Of a stretch of DNA of 64,000 nt, positions 1-10,074 are shown piece by piece (positions within the stretch are counted from its first letter, which is position 1; every line of letters starts with the position of its first letter). This DNA is from a virus (Duplodnaviria > Caudoviricetes). The notes under the pieces are model-generated. The model had not been told where the DNA came from. It worked only from the letters and a program-made list of their open reading frames with translations, and made no database searches. The translations under genes and the position numbers were made by a program. The stretch is from positions 1,057-65,056 of IMG/VR virus record IMGVR_UViG_3300036768_000367; one strand, given 5' to 3'.

Positions 1-698
1 ATGAACTTGAAGATTATAATGCAGATCCAGACTTTAATAAGTTGCCAGGCTTCATGCAGATGTATAATGCTGCAAAAACTATGCAAATAGTATACAATGA
101 TTTATTACATGCCCTTGCCGATCGTGCGGCAGCATCTAAAGACCCGTCTGCAATTGCAAAAGTTATAGAACTTTACAATGCTCTTGGACAACAATTAAAT
201 ATATTAGAGACCAACTTTCCAATTTTTGAAGTAAATGCTCCTAGAAACATTTCTCGTAAACTATTTGGCTTTGAAAATATTAAAGGCAGAATAGATGATT
301 TGAAAGATTTGTACAAGGATCTTGGTGAAGCGGCGCGTTTATCGCAACCATCTTTTAATGAGCGCGGTGACGTTGTCTCACCTACCGATTCTGGTGAGCG
401 TAACAAGGCCTCGCCAGGCGGCTCTTCGGGCGCTGTGACGGGCAATGCTGCTGATATTAAAAAGTGGCTTACTGAACATGATGTCTCTGGTATCATCGGC
501 TATGAATACGAAATGGACGAAAGTCCTGAGTTTGACGCCACAACTCGACGCGTTCTATCTGATTTAGGTGATAAGATACGTCAACACCTAGGCACAAATG
601 TTCCTAGCACTAAAGACTTGATGAATAGCTCTTATACTGGACTTGAGTCATTAATGCAAATTTATCGTGAGCCATGGAGCTTTGTCAAAACTGAGTGA
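1..698 (+). CDS. Hypothetical protein, 5'-truncated by the window edge (head module)
   Basis: The frame is open from position 3 (ELEDYNADPDFNKLPGF...), so the true start lies upstream of the window. Helical and acidic, directly upstream of the head genes. Confidence 0.6.
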   Translation, partial: ELEDYNADPDFNKLPGFMQMYNAAKTMQIVYNDLLHALADRAAASKDPSAIAKVIELYNALGQQLNILETNFPIFEVNAPRNISRKLFGFENIKGRIDDLKDLYKDLGEAARLSQPSFNERGDVVSPTDSGERNKASPGGSSGAVTGNAADIKKWLTEHDVSGIIGYEYEMDESPEFDATTRRVLSDLGDKIRQHLGTNVPSTKDLMNSSYTGLESLMQIYREPWSFVKTE

Positions 699-705
699 GT
701 AAAAT

Positions 706-715
706 CTATCAATAA
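706..715 (+). promoter_or_regulatory. Putative phage late promoter core (CTATCAATAA)
   Basis: Identical 10-mer at 3733 upstream of the major capsid gene; variants occur upstream of other structural genes. Confidence 0.5.
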
Positions 716-786
716 GTCCTATAATGTATAGGTTTTTCATGCTAGAATGATATTCTTTCTGAAGAACTAGTTTACAGGAGTTTTAA

Positions 787-1452
787 ATGGCTTTATTTCC
801 AGCTAATCCAGGATTATATCCACTAGGCTTGTTCGACGTATCAGATGCAGTTTCGCTATCTAGCATCACTGGCGGCGAGGTAGGTACTCTTACCACGCGC
901 GCTCGCACGAACAGTGCTTCAGAAAAAGCAGCTGCCGACGTTCTTGATGGTTATACTTATGCAACCCCAGGCACTCGTCCAGCCGTGACCTTGGCAACAA
1001 CCAATGCGCAGTTCCCACTCTTCCTTTTGGATGACGGTACTGCTGGTTATGGTTCTTTCTTCGGTCAAGTCATTGGCGCTCCAGTCGGTCTCAGCACCAC
1101 TGGTAGCGACCTTGGCCCACACAGCGCCGCTGCATCAGGCAAAGTAACTGCCTGGGACAAGCCAGGTCTATATGTTGTCACACTCGATTCATGCGCGTCT
1201 GACTTCGTATCTTCCTTGCTTGCAGGTACCTCTGGTCTTGCACCAGGTGCCGTACTAGGCTTTAACGCATCTTCAAAGCTTGCGCACGCTGCTTGCTCTG
1301 GTGCCGTTGTTGGTTCAGGTGTTGGTCATTTCGTAGAGTTTGAGGCTTCTCCATCTCTCGTTACCACGCCAGGACACTTGGTTGGTGCTGCACAACAGTT
1401 TACCAGAGTCAAGGTGCAGTTCCACGCTGGCTTGGGTATAAGAACCTTATAA
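787..1452 (+). CDS. Putative head decoration / capsid-associated structural protein
   Basis: 221 aa, Gly/Ala/Thr-rich; strong RBS (CAGGAG); high-expression codon usage like the capsid gene; same promoter motif and MALF start as the capsid gene; followed by a terminator. Confidence 0.6.
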   Translation: MALFPANPGLYPLGLFDVSDAVSLSSITGGEVGTLTTRARTNSASEKAAADVLDGYTYATPGTRPAVTLATTNAQFPLFLLDDGTAGYGSFFGQVIGAPVGLSTTGSDLGPHSAAASGKVTAWDKPGLYVVTLDSCASDFVSSLLAGTSGLAPGAVLGFNASSKLAHAACSGAVVGSGVGHFVEFEASPSLVTTPGHLVGAAQQFTRVKVQFHAGLGIRTL

Positions 1453-1495
1453 GGTCTTTGATAAAGCTCATTCTGAGTTTTATGATATAATTCTA

Positions 1496-1528
1496 AATAA
1501 CGCGGGCGTAGCCCGCGTTATTATTTTT
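1496..1528 (+). terminator. Intrinsic terminator
   Basis: AATAACGCGGGC-GTA-GCCCGCGTTATT hairpin followed by ATTTTT. Confidence 0.8.
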
Positions 1529-1539
1529 AGTAGCATATT

Positions 1540-1683
1540 ATGAAAGTCACAAATGATGTTATTGGTATTTATAAAATCACATGTTTAAAAAATAAAAATT
1601 ATATATTGGACAAGCATATGAAGTTTGGATGCGTCTTGGAGATCATAATCGTTTATTAAAAATAATAAAGCATCCTAATTACT
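1540..1683 (+). pseudogene. GIY-YIG endonuclease N-terminal remnant
   Basis: MKVTNDVIGIYKITCLKNK, frameshift, then YIGQAYEVWMRLGDHNRLLKNNKHPNY; closely resembles the ORF at 63676; truncated. Confidence 0.7.
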
Positions 1684-1995
1684 GCCACTGGTAATAATAC
1701 TTTTGTTGATGGTGATTTGCACTCATTAGTTGGTGTTATAGAGCTTAATAACAATATAAATATTTATGTTGATGGTATACTTGATGACTTTATTAATTGA
1801 TCTAGTTTTAATCAAAGTACATTTGAAAATATTACGCCTGTAGGTAGTATCAGATCAACTAAAATAGGTCAATCAACTGCTACATCAGGATCCTCTGATG
1901 CCATGGATATTTGGAATGATGAGTTTGCATTATTGGACACCAATCTAGATGATTTACAAGTGGCTATTATTGCTTGGCTACAGAAAAACAAATAA
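1681..1995 (+). pseudogene. LamG / concanavalin-A-like domain fragment
   Basis: Start-less frame TFVDGDLHSLVGVIE..NIYVDG..*..KIGQ..WNDEFALLDTNLDDLQV with an internal TGA at 1798; matches the LamG pattern (DGxWHxxxxV...IYVDG...IG...DE). Confidence 0.5.
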
Positions 1996-2055
1996 GCATT
2001 AAAACGTGGATAGGTTTTTAATTCATCGTTGGTACTGAACGTTGTATAATTTTAC

Positions 2056-2780
2056 ATGATCATTAGCATACTAGCTACTAAAGAGATCGAGGCCATGCGT
2101 ATCGCTGGTAAAGCAGCAGCTTTATTGGGTTTTTAGAGCCACTGATAAGGTCAGGAGTTACTACTCAGCAATTAGATGATGCAGCTGCATTGTGGACAGC
2201 CGAACTAGGTTACAAACATGCACCACTAAATTATCACGGATTTTCAAAACATATATGTACTAGCATTAACGAGGTTGTTTGTCATGGTATTCCATCGCAG
2301 CAAATGCTGGTAAGTGGGGATATAATTAATGTTGATGGTTGGCACGGTGATACCTCTAGAACTTTTATAGTGGGATCAATAACTACGGAACTAATTTGGC
2401 AAATGTTACATGAGAATGTTTAATGAAAGGAATAGAAAAAATAATTTGTCCTATATTAAATGTTTCTGAAACAGGAAGAGTTATTGAAAATATGCTAAAA
2501 ATAATAACTCATATGTTGTAGAAGAGTTTTGTGGACATAGTATCGGTAGAGCAATGCATATGGATCCATGCGTTAATCATGTCAGTATACTTGATAATAT
2601 TAAATTAGTACCAGGCATGTGTTTAATAATATAGCCAATACTCAGTACAAATGATGATTAAATAGAGGTGTTAACAGATAATTGGACGATAGTGACAAAA
2701 ACAAATCATACTCTGCTCAATTTGAGCACACAATATTAGTTACCGAAAGTGGTTATGAAATATTAACACTAAGTAACTAA
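2056..2780 (+). pseudogene. map: Methionine aminopeptidase (type I) pseudogene
   Basis: EIEAMRIAGK, GVTTQQLD, ICTSINEVVCHGIP, GDIINVD/GWHGDTSRTF, FCGHSIG..MH, SAQFEHTILVTESGYEILT; broken by several frameshifts, stops and small deletions. Confidence 0.9.
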
Positions 2781-2837
2781 CCTACTGACTTAAAATAACC
2801 AAGGTAGCTAGTCAGTCTGCCGTATAAGGAGTATATA

Positions 2838-3641
2838 ATGATGTATAAAGATAAATTTGTTTTAGCAGTTAAGCATGATGGTAAGATTTTACGTGAATTT
2901 AAAGAGCAGGTGTACTTACCATTCGGATCAGAATATAGTTTGTATTTGAAAAATCTAAATTCTGTGCGAGCGTTGGCCAGAATCTGGATAGATGGGCAGC
3001 TGGTCACAGATGGCGTGGATCTAATCGTGCCAGCCAATGGACATATTGATCTCGAGCGCTTTATACGCAATGGCAATTTAAACAATGGTAATAAGTTTAA
3101 GTTTATCGAGCGTAGTGGTGCGGTCGAAAAATTTCGAGGCGTCGGAGCAGAGGATGGACTAATTCGTATAGAATTTAAATTTGAGAAATTTCAGCCAGTT
3201 TACCACTGGACTATAATTCCATGTTACCATAATATATTTACTACTGGTAGTGGAACTCCGTACAGGACCATTAATCATGATAATACCAGCATTAGTACAA
3301 AAGAACTTATAAGCGATTGCTGTGAGTCATTTTCACTAAATAATTCTATAAATTGCTCCAATACTTCCTCAGAGGCTACTTTGAGTAAGTCTGTTAATGA
3401 GGCTGGTTTTACCGCAGCAGGATCGGCATCTGCTCAGAAGTTTGCTGTTGGTAGCTGGTTTCCAACTGAAGATGAGACTCATGTTATTGTACTCAAGCTT
3501 CTTGGACAGACTGAAAAGGCCGAAGTGGTACAACGTCCTGTTACTGTGAAGGTAGCACAAAAGTGTACTAGTTGCGGTAGGAAAAACAAGGCTACTGCAA
3601 AATTCTGCGCAGAATGCGGTACGGCACTATATATAATATAA
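2838..3641 (+). CDS. Conserved phage hypothetical protein with C-terminal zinc ribbon
   Basis: AAGGAG RBS; N-terminal beta domain (VYLPFGSEYSLYLKNLN..RA...IDG); C-terminal CTSCG...KFCAECG. Confidence 0.75.
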   Translation: MMYKDKFVLAVKHDGKILREFKEQVYLPFGSEYSLYLKNLNSVRALARIWIDGQLVTDGVDLIVPANGHIDLERFIRNGNLNNGNKFKFIERSGAVEKFRGVGAEDGLIRIEFKFEKFQPVYHWTIIPCYHNIFTTGSGTPYRTINHDNTSISTKELISDCCESFSLNNSINCSNTSSEATLSKSVNEAGFTAAGSASAQKFAVGSWFPTEDETHVIVLKLLGQTEKAEVVQRPVTVKVAQKCTSCGRKNKATAKFCAECGTALYII

Positions 3642-3676
3642 TGACACCTTGATCGGTGCGTTCATAGTGGAACGAG

Positions 3677-3712
3677 TAAATAAGGGAGCACTTTAAGCTC
3701 CCTTATTTATTT
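3677..3712 (+). terminator. Intrinsic terminator
   Basis: TAAATAAGGGAGC-ACTTTAA-GCTCCCTTATTTA followed by TTT. Confidence 0.75.
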
Positions 3713-3732
3713 GCAAAGCACATAGAAAAATT

Positions 3733-3742
3733 CTATCAATAA
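3733..3742 (+). promoter_or_regulatory. Putative late promoter of the major capsid gene (CTATCAATAA)
   Basis: Same motif and flanks as 706; lies just after a terminator and about 110 nt before the start codon. Confidence 0.5.
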
Positions 3743-3851
3743 AGCCTATTAAAGCATACCAGACAAATATATATAGTCTGGGTAAAGCAAAGTAAGAGAT
3801 ATTAAGTAAGTGCAAGTGTAAGTAAAAGATATTTCTTCAAGGAGAGTTTAC

Positions 3852-4871
3852 ATGGCTTTATTTGATACAAAAGGTGAGCTAAACGCTGTTTCTACTCGTG
3901 ATGCTCTTTCCGCTATTACTAAGTTAGCTAAGATCATCGAGGACAATGCTAGTTCTTCACAGTCATTAGCTGGTTCTCCGTCCTACAGCGAGCAACAAAA
4001 GGATGAAATGATCAAGCGTGCTCTTCTTACCTCAGAGGGTAAGGTAGCTCTTGGTCAGGCAATGGCATTGCCAATACGCAGAAACTTGGACTACTCAGGT
4101 GTCGCTCGTCGCGCACTTGTTGTCGACCCACTCCCAACTGGCGCTCTTCCAGTTTATGAGCGCGATATTGACGTTGCAGCTTCCGTAGTTTCGGCTAACG
4201 GGTCAGCTCCAGAGTCAGTTGTTCGCGGCGACCGCTTAACGATTCCAGAGTTCGAAATTGTGTCTAACCCACTTGTTCGTATTCGCGAAGTGCGTCAACG
4301 TCGTTTCAATGTAATTGAGCGTGCCGTTCAAAAAGCTCGTCAAGAGATTCAAGCTCAAGAAGACGCAAACGTTTTCGCAGCTCTTGATTTTTCGGGCGAC
4401 GCTGCTCTTGGTGGCGAGAATACTGCTCAAGACGTAACTGACGCAGGTCTTTCACGTCGCGATCTAGTTGAGCTCAAGATTCAAGTAGATCGTTGGGACT
4501 TGATCACAACGAAGTACTTCATGAATATCGTTGAGTTTGCTGAAATCATGCTGTGGTCTTCACAAAATGGTAACGGCGTTGCTGAAGTCGATCCAGTAAC
4601 TCACCGTGAGTTACTACAGACTGGTCTATATGGCCGCATCTTCGGCGCTGATATTATCGTTTCTAAGTTGGTTACCCCAGGTACCGTCTTCGGCCTCGCA
4701 GATCCAGAATTTGTAGGCGTTATGCCAGTTCGTCAAGATATCGAGGTCCTTCCAGCTGATGAGCCAAAGCGCTTGTCACTCGGATGGGTTGTCAGTGAAA
4801 TCATTGGTATCGGTATCGTGAACCCACGCGGTGTCGCAGTAGGTCGTAAATCAGTTAACCCTGGCGTTTAA
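3852..4871 (+). CDS. Major capsid protein (HK97-like fold)
   Basis: 339 aa; AAGGAG RBS; strongly biased codon usage; capsid-like motifs (PIRRNLDYSGVARRALVVDPLP, IPEFEI, EIQAQED, GLYGRIFGADIIVS, GIGIVNPRG); strong downstream terminator. Confidence 0.85.
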   Translation: MALFDTKGELNAVSTRDALSAITKLAKIIEDNASSSQSLAGSPSYSEQQKDEMIKRALLTSEGKVALGQAMALPIRRNLDYSGVARRALVVDPLPTGALPVYERDIDVAASVVSANGSAPESVVRGDRLTIPEFEIVSNPLVRIREVRQRRFNVIERAVQKARQEIQAQEDANVFAALDFSGDAALGGENTAQDVTDAGLSRRDLVELKIQVDRWDLITTKYFMNIVEFAEIMLWSSQNGNGVAEVDPVTHRELLQTGLYGRIFGADIIVSKLVTPGTVFGLADPEFVGVMPVRQDIEVLPADEPKRLSLGWVVSEIIGIGIVNPRGVAVGRKSVNPGV

Positions 4872-4901
4872 TGAATAAAAACTTCATCTAGAAGTTGTAA
4901 G

Positions 4902-4935
4902 ATAAGAGCAGGAGCAATCCTGCTCTTATTATTTT
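4902..4935 (+). terminator. Intrinsic terminator after the capsid gene
   Basis: ATAAGAGCAGGA-GCAA-TCCTGCTCTTAT followed by TATTTT; GNRA tetraloop. Confidence 0.85.
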
Positions 4936-4946
4936 GATGAAGCGGC

Positions 4947-5908
4947 ATGAATTTAAATAAAACATGTGGCACTTATTAGTATCAAAATATAATAAATGGT
5001 AAACTTATATAGGTAGTAGTGTGCATATTAGGATAAGATGGCAGCAACACAAAGCTGCCATTAGAGAAAACAAGCGCCACTGTATGTGTTTGCAACATGC
5101 CTGAAATAAGTATGGCAAAAAATATTTTGATCTTATTGTTGCAGAACAGTGTGATAAAAATATTTCTGAAATGGATTTAATAAATATCTAATATAGTCAC
5201 TTAGACAAATATGAGTTAAATATAATACAAAATCAAGTAGCGGGCAAACCACTAGTGGATCCAGAACGATCACGGCGTAATGCCAAGGATAATTGGGCCT
5301 CTAGAAAGTTCTATTCACAACTCAGGTCTTTCGAGCGCATAGATCCTAACACGGGCGAAGTAAAAGAGTATCGTACCAGTAGCAAAGCGGAAGCCGAAGG
5401 CTTTTACAACAATCTATGTCGGCTGCATGTAATGGCAAGAAAGCGTCTTATGCGAATTACTACTGGCGCTTTTGGATGGTAGTACGCCAGAATCCATTAC
5501 TATTTATAAAAAAGTATTTATTAAAGTGCGCGGCACTAAAGATGATGGTAGTATAATAGAACTATCTAATTTTAAGGAGTGCAATGCATTTGTATTAAAT
5601 TATGTAAAGACACACGCATGTTGTGAATGACAACAAGGTCGTCGCACTCATGCTGGCTATAATAAGTGGTTATTTACTGATGATTACAAACAAACCGTAG
5701 CCAGCGCTACGTCTGCCCCTACTTATGCAGATATTTTTTTTGTAAACGAGTGATTAGAAAATCTATTGATGGTGTAGATGTAAAGTTCTATGATTAGCAG
5801 GCTGCTGCTAAATTAGATTGGTTTGACTAGCGTAAAATATCTCTGTGCTGTATTAGCAAGCGTAAGACACATGGTGGATATAAGTTGAGATTTGCTGATG
5901 CGGCTTGA
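4947..5908 (+). pseudogene. GIY-YIG homing endonuclease pseudogene with NUMOD1-like C-terminal repeats
   Basis: GTY..IKNIINGK.IGSS.HIRIRWQQHK..LQHA*NKYG, then FERIDPNTGEVKEY and ISLCCISKRKTHGGYK; many stops and frameshifts. Confidence 0.75.
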
Positions 5909-6125
5909 AGATTATAAATTTGTAAGCTGGCGAGTTAATGATAATGCGCCTACTAAACCAGTGAGGCTAGTTCCTAAAGTAGTTGATGATATAGAGCTTG
6001 CCGTGAAGCCTGCCAGTATAAATACTCTAACCATACGCACGGGTTTTAGTAGTCGTTTATACGACGAAAAGGTTTTTGACTTTACAAGCAGAGCATACTT
6101 TTTTAGTTTTTTTATTTTCCAATAA
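5898..6125 (+). CDS. Small hypothetical protein (MKIxxY-leader family)
   Basis: ATG at 5898 gives MRLEDYK; the 3' end may be frameshifted. Confidence 0.4.
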   Translation: MRLEDYKFVSWRVNDNAPTKPVRLVPKVVDDIELAVKPASINTLTIRTGFSSRLYDEKVFDFTSRAYFFSFFIFQ

Positions 6126-6169
6126 AGCTAGAAATAGATTGTGAAACTGGCTGAACGAATGGAGATAGC

Positions 6170-6364
6170 ATGCGTATAGATCAATATCCTATAAGTAAAC
6201 TGGACAAACTGCTGCTCGCTGCTCAGGAGTTAGCAGAGAGCAATGAAGAAGAGCATGTTAAAATAAATATTGACAGGCCCGTAGATATAATAAATGGAGT
6301 TGCTACAGTAACTGGTCCTACTATAATTACTATCACCGTAGAGCGTAAATATAAAAATATATGA
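6170..6364 (+). CDS. Small hypothetical protein (MKIxxY-leader family)
   Basis: GGAG RBS; begins MRIDQYP. Confidence 0.6.
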   Translation: MRIDQYPISKLDKLLLAAQELAESNEEEHVKINIDRPVDIINGVATVTGPTIITITVERKYKNI

Positions 6365-6740
6365 TTACTGTCCACATATGTTTGTTTATTATGAGCACGA
6401 TGGTGTGAAAAAGATGAGATGATACTTATAAGCAATATGTCAAACGATGATACATTTAAAAAAAATACTGAAGCATATAAAACTATATTTACAGTGCAAG
6501 GTTTCCATGTATAAAAACAGATGGTATCATGGTCCAACGGCAACTATAGACTATGATAGGTATTTGAGCACAAGTCTTATGCAAGGCGACTATTGATATA
6601 GCAGTAGTATATGGATATGAAACTAGCAATTCGTGGTATCTTACTGCGGAGAAGCCAGATTGGTCAAATTCTGTTAATGACATTAGGACATTTATGCGAG
6701 CAAATAGTGCGTCAATATTAAAACAAAAGTATAAAAATGA
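6351..6740 (+). pseudogene. Degraded small gene(s) (MKIxxY-leader family)
   Basis: ATA AAA ATA TAT GAT TAC = (I)KIYDYCP, then interrupted frames. Confidence 0.35.
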
Positions 6741-7084
6741 AAATAGAACATTACAATAAACAAGTTTGTATTGGCGATGGAGCGTGGCACGCATGGCCCT
6801 ATTGCACAGATGCTATCTGGACAGATTTTAGTGCTGAGGCAAATGCGGCGCTTGTAAATGATGTTATTAGAAATATAGATGTAAGAATAAAGTATCATGG
6901 CACATTGCTGGCTTTAATCAAAGGTGATAGGCACTGGACCCCAGCTCTTTTAGAGGTTAAAATACATAACATATTCCATGGTATTATAAATAAGTCAGAA
7001 GCACTTTGTGACAAAATCGGACTTGATCAAGAGTTGCAACGACGCCATCGCGGCGGAGTAATATACTCAGATGTCTTGTGTTGA
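6737..7084 (+). CDS. Small hypothetical protein (MKIxxY-leader family)
   Basis: Begins MKIEHYN; 115 aa; directly precedes the helicase. Confidence 0.6.
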   Translation: MKIEHYNKQVCIGDGAWHAWPYCTDAIWTDFSAEANAALVNDVIRNIDVRIKYHGTLLALIKGDRHWTPALLEVKIHNIFHGIINKSEALCDKIGLDQELQRRHRGGVIYSDVLC

Positions 7085-7090
7085 GTTTAT

Positions 7091-8980
7091 ATGATTACAC
7101 ATTTAACGTCTATTGCATATGATCCGACTGTAGGTGCGAAAATTCGCAGCTCTTTCCCCAAGACACCAGCTGATGTTGAGATGAACAATATCACTGCGCA
7201 TGCGCTGACTATGCAATATGATATTGTTATTACAAACGCGAATTTTGATCTTGTTGAGATTGAATTAACTGAGGCTAATAAGCACAAGAGCACTGTACAA
7301 ATTTTTACCAACGATTTGCAAGTCTGCTCTTGCGAGCAGTATCATGAGGTTGGAGTAGGTTACTGCAAACACATTGCGGTAATAAACGCCATCTCAAAAC
7401 ATCCAAACACGATGGACGAGAGGCTGTTTGCAAAAACAATACTACGAAGCAAGAGTAAGTTAAATAAGTTCAAAAGTATAAAATATATTGTTTATGATTC
7501 CTTTAAAGGCTGCAATGTTGCATTAGGTGCTGGTCCAATAGAAAAAAAGGCTGTAAGTTGTGCTGCTAATGAAAGGCGCCTTGCTACCTTAAATTCACTG
7601 GGTAGCATTACTAGGGTTGTATTACCATCTCCTTATATAATTAAAGATGGTGTAAGTCTATATGATTATCAGCATGATATATTAGAAAACATGTTAACCG
7701 CAAAGCGCGCGGTCTGCTCGATGACTATGGGTGCTGGTAAAACCTTAACTTCGATTGCTGGACTTAAGTATCTTGGAACAGATGGCGCAAAAATACTGAT
7801 AGTGTGTCCGAAGTCAATTGTCAAACAATGGGTCAATGAAATTAAAAGAATTCTTGGTGTCAATGTATTTCAAATTACCAGTAAAAACATTTCTACATTT
7901 ACAGATATATACGAGTCTGGTATAGGTATAGCTACTTATCAAACTATGGTGAGAAGTGTAGATAAACTTGCTACCCAGGATTATTCCGTAGTTATCGCTG
8001 ACGAGATTCAATATATTAAAAACGAGGGAAGTAAAACATGGGGTGCGCTCAAGTGCATAAAGTCAGAGTACTTCTGGGGATTGTCTGGTACAGTTATAGA
8101 AAATAGGTTGGACGATTTATATAACATCATGCAAATTATAGGGCCTGGACTGCTGGGTCCTAAGTGGAAGTTTGATTTTAAGTTCAAGAAACTAGGATCT
8201 GTCCATCGTAAAAAGGTCTTATATCAAAATGAAATACAAAATATTGCTGAGCTGCGTAGTTTAATATCTAGCAATATATTTTCGTATGACAAAATATCCT
8301 TGCCAAAGATTTCTCATCATAAGTATCTGGTTGGAATGGATCCAGGGGCACGCGCGGCCCACGATGAATTTCTAGAGAAGGCTAATACTTTAATTAGCAA
8401 ATCTTTGAATATGGAGTTATCTCATTTTGAAAAACTATTGATACAGTCGTATTTGCTGAAGGCAAGACAAGCATGTAACTCTGTAGAGCTAATCAATAAA
8501 GTGGTAGCTCCGCGAGGCGAAAAGATCAAGAGTATTCTTGCTGTTATTAAGCAAATATGTTTGGAGCAAGGTGAAAAACTAGTTATCTTTTCAGAATGGA
8601 CTGAGATGTTGAGCATAATAGAAAGAGAGATGCTGCTAGACATGTCGATTGGTTATGTAAGATTTGATGGCTCAATGACTGCTAAGGCAAGAATGAGGGC
8701 TATAGAGCAGTTTAAAACAGATTCATTATGTATGATATTTTTCTCGTCTGATGCAGGTGGTATAGGTATAGATGGATTGCAACTTGTGTGCAATAACATG
8801 CTGCATGTTGAACTACCTTGGAATCCAGCAAAAATCGATCAGCGGAATGGTAGGTTACATAGGCTTATGCAAACTAAAGATGTTAATATACACTATATGA
8901 TAACATCTAATTCTATTGAAGAAAAAATGAGTAATCTTTTGGATCAAAAGCGCAAAGTGCGTCTAGACGCACTTTTTTAA
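7091..8980 (+). CDS. SWIM zinc finger-SNF2 family helicase/ATPase
   Basis: CSC-x10-CKH SWIM finger; LYDYQ Q-motif; MGAGKT Walker A; VIADEIQYIKN; LSGT.IENRLDDLY; KLVIFSEW; GIDGLQ; WNPAKIDQRNGRLHR. Confidence 0.92.
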   Translation: MITHLTSIAYDPTVGAKIRSSFPKTPADVEMNNITAHALTMQYDIVITNANFDLVEIELTEANKHKSTVQIFTNDLQVCSCEQYHEVGVGYCKHIAVINAISKHPNTMDERLFAKTILRSKSKLNKFKSIKYIVYDSFKGCNVALGAGPIEKKAVSCAANERRLATLNSLGSITRVVLPSPYIIKDGVSLYDYQHDILENMLTAKRAVCSMTMGAGKTLTSIAGLKYLGTDGAKILIVCPKSIVKQWVNEIKRILGVNVFQITSKNISTFTDIYESGIGIATYQTMVRSVDKLATQDYSVVIADEIQYIKNEGSKTWGALKCIKSEYFWGLSGTVIENRLDDLYNIMQIIGPGLLGPKWKFDFKFKKLGSVHRKKVLYQNEIQNIAELRSLISSNIFSYDKISLPKISHHKYLVGMDPGARAAHDEFLEKANTLISKSLNMELSHFEKLLIQSYLLKARQACNSVELINKVVAPRGEKIKSILAVIKQICLEQGEKLVIFSEWTEMLSIIEREMLLDMSIGYVRFDGSMTAKARMRAIEQFKTDSLCMIFFSSDAGGIGIDGLQLVCNNMLHVELPWNPAKIDQRNGRLHRLMQTKDVNIHYMITSNSIEEKMSNLLDQKRKVRLDALF

Positions 8981-9009
8981 CTATAGTCGCTCATGCAGAT
9001 CGGTGTACT

Positions 9010-9285
9010 ATGAAGATTGATGATTATGGCCCTGGTATTTTGATCGATAACAAAAACTTTACGTGGCCGCAACAACAGTATGAGTACGCCGTTTTTGTAA
9101 AGAACTTTAGCGATTCTAGCGAACACTATGTTTGCGCCACCATGCACGGGTACATACTCGAAGGTACGATTAGTATCTGTATCAAGGGCAAAGTAGCAAA
9201 AAACATCAGGTTCCCGCACATATTTGTTAGGAATAGTTTTAAAAATATGAAAATGAATGATTGTGGTTTAAGTATATTGATATAA
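9010..9285 (+). CDS. Small hypothetical protein (MKIxxY-leader family)
   Basis: Begins MKIDDYG; runs in frame into a second leader (MKMNDCG at 9247). Confidence 0.55.
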   Translation: MKIDDYGPGILIDNKNFTWPQQQYEYAVFVKNFSDSSEHYVCATMHGYILEGTISICIKGKVAKNIRFPHIFVRNSFKNMKMNDCGLSILI

Positions 9286-9429
9286 TACCGTGGAGAATAT
9301 CCGTCTCAATATTGCGAAGCAATAATCAGACCTATTAATTTTGAAGAGCTGTGTAGATATTTAGGAAGATATTTTGATAATGACTATATTGAGTGGGACA
9401 CTTCATTTGTAATGTTTTTAAACCACTAA
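9247..9429 (+). pseudogene. Degraded small gene (MKIxxY-leader family)
   Basis: MKMNDCGLSILI*YRGEYPSQYCEAIIRPINFEELCRYLG...; the frame continues past the TAA. Confidence 0.4.
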
Positions 9430-9508
9430 ATGCAAGTTAATCCACCACATTTTAGCTTAATTATAATACAGATAATATATATAATTGAAAAGCAAGTATA
9501 TTCGAAAT

Positions 9509-9748
9509 ATGAAAATTTCAAGTTACGGCATAGTATTTAAAGTAACTAGCAAATATAATGTGACCTATTGCTCGATACAAGATATTATGCGTCATGTTGT
9601 GTTTGATCAGATTACAAACCATTTGTCAGTAGAGATTCTGAGGCACGGTAGTACGGTGGGCGTGTGCTCCATAGGGGTTCAAGATGATAATAAGCTTGTA
9701 AACTTTCTTATACATACCCTAATAGATGAGGCTCTAAGTGATAATTGA
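9509..9748 (+). CDS. Small hypothetical protein (MKIxxY-leader family)
   Basis: ATG at 9509 gives MKISSYG. Confidence 0.55.
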   Translation: MKISSYGIVFKVTSKYNVTYCSIQDIMRHVVFDQITNHLSVEILRHGSTVGVCSIGVQDDNKLVNFLIHTLIDEALSDN

Positions 9749-9990
9749 AGATTTTGGCATGATATTATTATGGTAGCATAGAGACTATATTAACAATACT
9801 ACTGTTTCTTGTACATTGCCACTCAACGAGCATTTTACAAAAGAAGAGGCTCTTAAGTTTTGAAGTAAATTATTCATCTGGGCGGGCCGTGGATCAGCAG
9901 AACTTGTTGGATATGCATTCATGGTGAGCGTATAAATAAATATCACTTTTATCATAATGATGGTCTATTGGCAGAGGCTGAAAAATGAAT
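9738..9990 (+). pseudogene. Degraded small gene (MKIxxY-leader family)
   Basis: GAGG RBS, then GTG-IIEDFGMILLW*; interrupted downstream; end approximate. Confidence 0.35.
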
Positions 9991-10074
9991 CGTGACCTTA
10001 ATAACTTAAACAAGATACGCTTACAATATGATCGTAAAAATCCAGAATCTTAAACAGAATGGCATTTATAAAAC

